A stretch of 64,000 nt of DNA. It comes from Stylophora pistillata (lineage: Eukaryota). The position numbers were made by a program, and so were the translations under genes. Numbering within the stretch: the stretch's first letter is position 1; every line of letters begins with the position of its first letter. Positions 52,801 to 64,000 of the stretch are shown here, piece after piece. The DNA lies in contig NW_019218067.1 of NCBI RefSeq assembly GCF_002571385.2, positions 304,707 to 368,706 of the forward strand. Reading direction: 5' to 3'. The notes below the pieces were generated by a model, which was not told where the DNA came from, searched no databases, and was given only the letters and a program-made list of their open reading frames with translations.

Positions 52801-55456
52801 ATTTTAATCTGGTCAATGACATAAAACAAACACATTGATCAAGAAATCATTGACAAACAGTTTTGCACAGTTTGAAATTTCTCATCATCTATAACAGATG
52901 TAAATAAGTAAATAAATGTAACCCATTCAAAAAAAGCTCCCCTAATTTATGAGGTAAAAAAGGTAAAGACCACTCAGGAGCCATGTGGCTCATCGGGCTG
53001 GTGCTTAACTCCGGTTTCTGTAGCACGAAGTGACTAGGAGTATTTCTACTCCCCCTCTACATGGGATGCTAGTCCATCGCAGGGTTACCCCTAGCATTAA
53101 ATTCACTGGTACTCATTTAATTCTCCTGGGTGAGGAGAGGCACTGTGAGAGTAAAGTGTCTTGCCTAAGAACACAACACGATGTCCCTGGCTGGGGCTCA
53201 AACCTGGACCACTTGATCCAGAGTTGAGCGCACCAACCAAGAGGCCACTGTGGCCTCCACTTAATTTATAAGACCAATTCAATTTTCCTTGTATATTACA
53301 TTGCAAAGCATAAGGAGTATTTGATTTTGCATAATTATGAGTCAGTTATATTAGGCTAATTGACAAAATACACTCATTCAAATTTTAAAATCAGCTTTAA
53401 TAGACCTTCATGAAGCTTAAAATTCAACTATAACTTATTTTTATCTTAGCAAATCATTGTTACCTCTTAAGCATGTAATGAGCAAATTTTTTGTTCACTT
53501 GTACTCCACCTTCAGCAGCAAGGATTTCATCCAAAGCTGAAATAGCATTGCAAACTACCTAAAGATGGAAAAATTGTTAGACATAATTTTACCCCATTAA
53601 TGCTGACCTGCTGGATACATTTTGCTCAGAAGCTTTTTACTCCTGGGGCAAACTGGTGTATCAAAATTATCATGATCAAGATTTATAAAGATATCCATCA
53701 TAAATGATTTTGAAGTAGGTCGTATATGTCAGATGGAATTGCAACACATCAAAAATGGTAATGGTAAAGAATCTGATCCCACCAAGGCATCTACTGACAT
53801 GTTAGCCGACACACTACCAATGCATCAGCTGACACTCTACTTAAGCATTGGTAAGATCAACCAATGCGTCGGCTAAATGCATTAGCCAACACACTACCAA
53901 CATAATGCTAACGCATTGCCTGACATGTTGGTGGAATCGGATTCTTCACCTTTACCAAAATGGTAAAGGTAAAGACTGGCCAATGTGTTGGCCAACACAT
54001 TGGTGGGATCAACTTCTATACCTTTACCTCAAAAACTGTTGGCAAGCTAACCATAATAATAATCATTACCATAACCCGTATGTATGATGCACATACCTGA
54101 GGATCTGGGTCGGTCAATAGTCGGCAAAGTTTGTCTATGATTCCATTATCTGTTTTGATGCAATACACCAAAAAATACTAATTAAGGTTAGACACACATC
54201 ACTATAGCAAATGAATGGTCTTCATCAATATTTTTCCCATTGTAATCAATGGAAAGTTATTAACAAAACTTCAGCAAGTTACCCTGTAAGAGAGGGGAAT
54301 ATTGGATTTATTAAGTCATTAGGTTTTTCATGAATACTGTACCTTCAACAAAGTCAGGAATAAGATGGTACAATTTCACACATCCCATTACTGCACACCG
54401 ACGCACATAAGAACTTGTATCTCCTAGACCAGCCAGAAGAGGCTCTACAATGTATTCCACAAGATCAGGCAGCCTATAGGAGTCAGCAACAATAAATCAA
54501 TCAATCATATTCTGTGCAATACCCTGTACTTCTGCAATCAAATGATTATTTACCTCAATGAGCACATGCTTCTCAGGGCAAGACCTCTGACCATAGCACT
54601 GCTGTCTTGAGAATCTTTCCTCAAGGTGTTAATGGTCAACAAAGCCAGTTCAGGGTTAGATTGTGCATAACTACAAATGTACAGATACACCAGCTTCTTC
54701 TGAACAAGATCATGGGTGGCTCCAGCCTGACAAAAGCAAAATAAAATGATTGGCTGTCAGTAACCCTTCAACTTCCTTATTATTAACCTTTCATTAAAGA
54801 GGAACTGATAAATAATTCTTCCCCCTAACTGTTACTATACACCTCTTTATCAAGTTGTAAAGAGGATTGGGTGCTAAATCAGGATAACTCTCACAAGCCC
54901 GACCTCAAGCCTGTACTTATAGAGAGCAAAAACTATGGATGAGAAGAGATTGGAATGTGACAGCATAAATTATGCCTCACAAGTGTAGCATGTGAGAGGT
55001 TTACTCATGCTCCAACATAATTTATGTCCCAACCTTCCTTCATGCCTCTACCTAAGACTAAACAGAAAAAAAAAAAGAAAAAATATTTGTTTTGTTCGCA
55101 AAGTAAGCATCTGTGGAAAGGGTATGGATATTTTCTGATAACCATTCTATGGTAAAGCTAGTAAAAACGAAAAAAACAGACAACTATTCTAGGTCTTCTA
55201 GTTCTACAATACCATAAAAGTGTCTCTGGATATTGTTAAAAAAAAAGGAACAAATGAGTATATATACCTTTATCATGTCCATGAAGAGAGAGGATAAGTC
55301 CATTCCCACAGTCATGCACGATATCACCTTCTGGATAACTTTCTTATAACGTGAAGCATCTCTCTGCACTTCTGGTGACTGTAAATTTTTCTTTAATTCG
55401 CTCACTTCGCCTTTCTTGTTTGACTCGCTAAAAAATGTTGTTGAGCTTGTCGCCAT
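46824..55456 (-). CDS. AP4B1: AP-4 complex subunit beta-1, ~18 exons
   Basis: [46 protein letters not shown]-like [66 protein letters not shown], ear domain with RYFFYAQ; last exon 46824-46979. Confidence 0.92.
48235..48475. mobile_element. Penelope-derived fold-back element
   Basis: gtaattgggattttatcaac...gttgataaaaccccaattac palindrome; CTGATGA at 48381. Confidence 0.8.
48800..49375 (-). mobile_element. Decayed CR1/L2-type LINE 3' remnant in an AP4B1 intron
   Basis: AATAAA plus (ATT)n tail and a gaggg...ccctc stem near the end; degraded body. Confidence 0.5.
52955..53260 (-). mobile_element. tRNA-derived SINE with CORE/V-like domains
   Basis: ttaggcaagacactttactctcacagtgcctc and ctgcgatggactagcatccca; tail (tttacc). 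Confidence 0.8.
53753..54030. mobile_element. Inverted-repeat element with short internal repeats
   Basis: ggtaaagaatctgatcccaccaa pairs with ttggtggaatcggattcttcacctttacc; the right arm is repeated. Confidence 0.6.
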
Positions 55457-55849
55457 AATTTCCTCAGGCTTTTGAAGACGTTTAAAATGCACTTTCAGTT
55501 CTTCTCCTGTGCTCATGCCTCACCACCCGGCCTGAAAGAAAAGAATATACTGCCATACTTTCCACATGAGCTTGGTTCCCTGATGTTCTGAAAAAAATAC
55601 AGTCCATGTTTTGTACATGAAGTAAAAATACAGTAATGTTTCAGTTTCCAGTCTTTATTGTCTATTTGAGAAGGCCTGGTTACTGAAACTACCATAGGGC
55701 ATCTTTGACCTTGACATCGTAACAATATACAGTAGTTACTTTGTTTATATGATGGGTGGATCATCTCAAATAGAAATGTATCAGAACTGATAATATTTAA
55801 TATATATCCTTATTTAAAAGGAAGAAGTGATTTTGACATCGTCATTACA

Positions 55850-61837
<5,988 letters not shown>

Positions 61838-62129
61838 GTGAGATAGTGTAAATATATACCAATAAAACAAAAAAAAAAGCGTTTGTCATGTCTTTCATGA
61901 ACTACATTTTGCTAAAGAATATTATTTTGGGAAGTTCTGAGCAATTTTTGTTCTTACATGTATGTGCAAGCATAATTTATCGAAGGTTCTGTCTGCGGTT
62001 TAATGTAGCAGATCGCTAGTGTAAATTTTGAAAAAAAGTTAAAATTCAGATTCAGTTTTATTCGGGTTCTCGGGTGTCACGCATTGTTTGACTCTCACGA
62101 TTGTGTGACAAATTGGAATTTTGCTTTCA

Positions 62130-62282
62130 TGACGTCAAGCATACGCCACTAAATATTTGTCTCCAACTGTACTAATTGGTAACGAGCATTCATGACGTAA
62201 CTTTTGCGTCACTAATTTCTCATTAAATTAGCCTAATAATCAACAGTTAATTAGTTAATTGATCGTTACGTTTATGACGTGT
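62130..62282 (+). promoter_or_regulatory. Cluster of CRE-like sites upstream of the protamine-like gene
   Basis: TGACGTCA 62130, TGACGTAA 62193, TGCGTCA 62205, TGACGTGT 62275. Confidence 0.55.
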
Positions 62283-62374
62283 CCCCACTTGATTAAGTCA
62301 TTTGCTGCAAGTCTCCAAGCTGTTCAGACGTACTTTCTGCGCTCCGTGAAAAAATTCGCCAGAACAGTTAAAAA

Positions 62375-62977
62375 ATGGCCAAAGCTAAAACCCGACGTGT
62401 TGCTAAAAAGTCAGCATTAGTCAAGAAGAAGAAGGCAGCCAAGAGGCCTGCTCTTACAAGCCAAAAGGTATTAGCTGCCATCGCCGCCTTGAAAGATCGT
62501 AATGGCTCAAGCGCGAAAGCAATTATGGCCTACCTCCACGCGCAACGTGGAACAAAGAAAGTTACACCTTTTCAAGTGAGAATCGCGTTGGCGCGCGCCG
62601 TCAAAGACAAATCACTGGTGAACAATGGAGCTTTGTTTAAAGTTGTTGCTGCTTCCAGCAAGTCGCGGTCGCGCTCCAAATCGCGTTCCAAATCCCGCTC
62701 CAGATCACGCTCTCGGTCAAGATCAACCTCGAAGACTAGATCCCGTTCTCGATCCCGATCAAGGTCTAAGAGTCCGGGCAGGAAATCGGTGAAGAAAGTC
62801 ACCAAGAAGGCTAAAAAGGCGAGAAAGGCCAAGAAAGTGATCCGAAAGCGCAGGGCCCCGGCTAAAAGACGCGTCGGAAAGAGGAGATACTACAAAGGAA
62901 CTAAGAAGGCGACCAAGAGAGCCGCACCCAAGATAAAGCGCAAGATTCGCAGGAGGCGACGATCCGCCCGCAAGTGA
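62375..62977 (+). CDS. Histone H1-derived protamine-like (PL-type) basic protein, intronless, with an RS-repeat block
   Basis: H1 globular-like segment (VLAAIAALKDRNGSSAKAIMAYL...ALARAVKDKSL), (RS/KS)n tract and Arg/Lys-rich tail ending KRKIRRRRRSARK; good start context aaaaATGG. Confidence 0.85.
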   Translation: MAKAKTRRVAKKSALVKKKKAAKRPALTSQKVLAAIAALKDRNGSSAKAIMAYLHAQRGTKKVTPFQVRIALARAVKDKSLVNNGALFKVVAASSKSRSRSKSRSKSRSRSRSRSRSTSKTRSRSRSRSRSKSPGRKSVKKVTKKAKKARKAKKVIRKRRAPAKRRVGKRRYYKGTKKATKRAAPKIKRKIRRRRRSARK

Positions 62978-63040
62978 ACTGACTGACTTTATAAAAACAA
63001 AACCGCCATGTCTTTTGCTTTCCCTTCTAAGAACACTCAA

Positions 63041-63075
63041 AGACTTTTAAGTCTCTACAAACTCTCTTAAGAGAG
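63041..63075 (+). terminator. Variant histone-type 3' stem-loop plus purine-rich downstream element
   Basis: AGACT-TTTA-AGTCT at 63041-63054 preceded by CAA; AAGAGAG at 63069-63075. Confidence 0.45.
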
Positions 63076-64000
63076 CAAACGCCTAAAACGCTGAAGAACT
63101 GTTAGTAAGCGAAGTTTACAGGATCCTCTGTTTTGTCATCTTTCCTTTTTTTTAACTCAAAGGATTGTACATACAAGAAAAATGATTAAACAGTGAAGGC
63201 GAAGACTTGTTTGGTGTTTGATTTCCTTTCTATAACAGGGGAAGAAAAGTGATGATTTTTACGTAGAAAAGACGGGATCTAACTTTTCCTTAACGAAGAA
63301 GCGACAACAATCAAAATTTTTAATTAGGAGGCACTTATGTTATAAAGCATGAGTGGGATACTTTTAAGTCGGCGCGCCCGTGGCCTTTTTTTGCGCGCAC
63401 CTTGATTTTGTGCGCATTTGGAACCGTCCGCCAAAATGCTGCCATAGACAGAAACTTTAAGTAGTTTTGATCGTGTATTTGTTGTAAATTAAAAACACAA
63501 GGTTGCGCGCGCGTTAATTCTGTGCCATTCAACGCGTCCCAGATGCTGCCCGAGGCGTCTTCATTGAAGGACTTCGTCCTAAGTTTCCGTGGGAAAATTT
63601 TTACGAACTCATTTGGATCTGCTTCAATTTCCACGAAGCTTAATATTTGTGTTTTTTTCAAACGATAGTTTTAGGAAAGTTTCTGATGAATCGATGTCAA
63701 TACTGCACGTGCACTTAACAAGCGCGTGATTTGCAATGTTGTCACAGTCTGTGTTACAATTGGCCAAAGATCGACGGCGAGACTTAGTAAGCAAACGGCC
63801 AGAGGTAAAAAAATAAATAAATAAAATCATAGTTAGTTGAGGGGACTATGATCAAATCTGTAGTGGAATTTAATACGCCCAGAGCCTGCGCATATAAGTG
63901 CAACAGGGTTCACTGTTCTTCAAAGACGATGCTTTGAAAAGGTCACACTAGTTTACGTAGTTCCATCCGTTTATCTAGTTTTGTTATGGTAAATTTCGTT

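Noticed and set aside
62572-63040. Antisense ORFs with DLERDR repeats
   Set aside because: Mirror of the RS-coding strand
63335-63830. Minus-strand ORFs at the window end
   Set aside because: Non-ATG starts and no recognisable domain

Overview
Eukaryotic, intron-rich, AT-rich animal DNA; the repeat families suggest an anthozoan cnidarian, probably a stony coral (inference). Gene order: NBEAL-like 5' part (-); 2.8-kb 27-bp satellite; lysosomal phospholipase A2/LCAT-family gene (+) and two decayed fragments; two convergent SLC22 transporters; a decayed receptor guanylyl cyclase with a young LINE in exon 1; SERHL-like hydrolase (-) head-to-head with RNASEK (+); AP4B1 (-) head-to-head with BECN1 (+, unfinished at the window end); and an intronless H1-derived protamine-like gene apparently nested in a BECN1 intron. 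Most notable: (1) the nested protamine-like gene, with a CRE cluster and a variant histone 3' stem-loop; (2) a LINE whose AGGTA target duplication forms an exactly frame-restoring GT-AG intron; (3) Penelope-derived fold-back elements with hammerhead-ribozyme cores; (4) one SINE family with three different 3' tails; (5) a 1.5-kb inverted duplication bracketing 12.5 kb. There is no CRISPR array or prokaryotic system. All exon models were read by eye, no database searches were run, and novelty is unverified.
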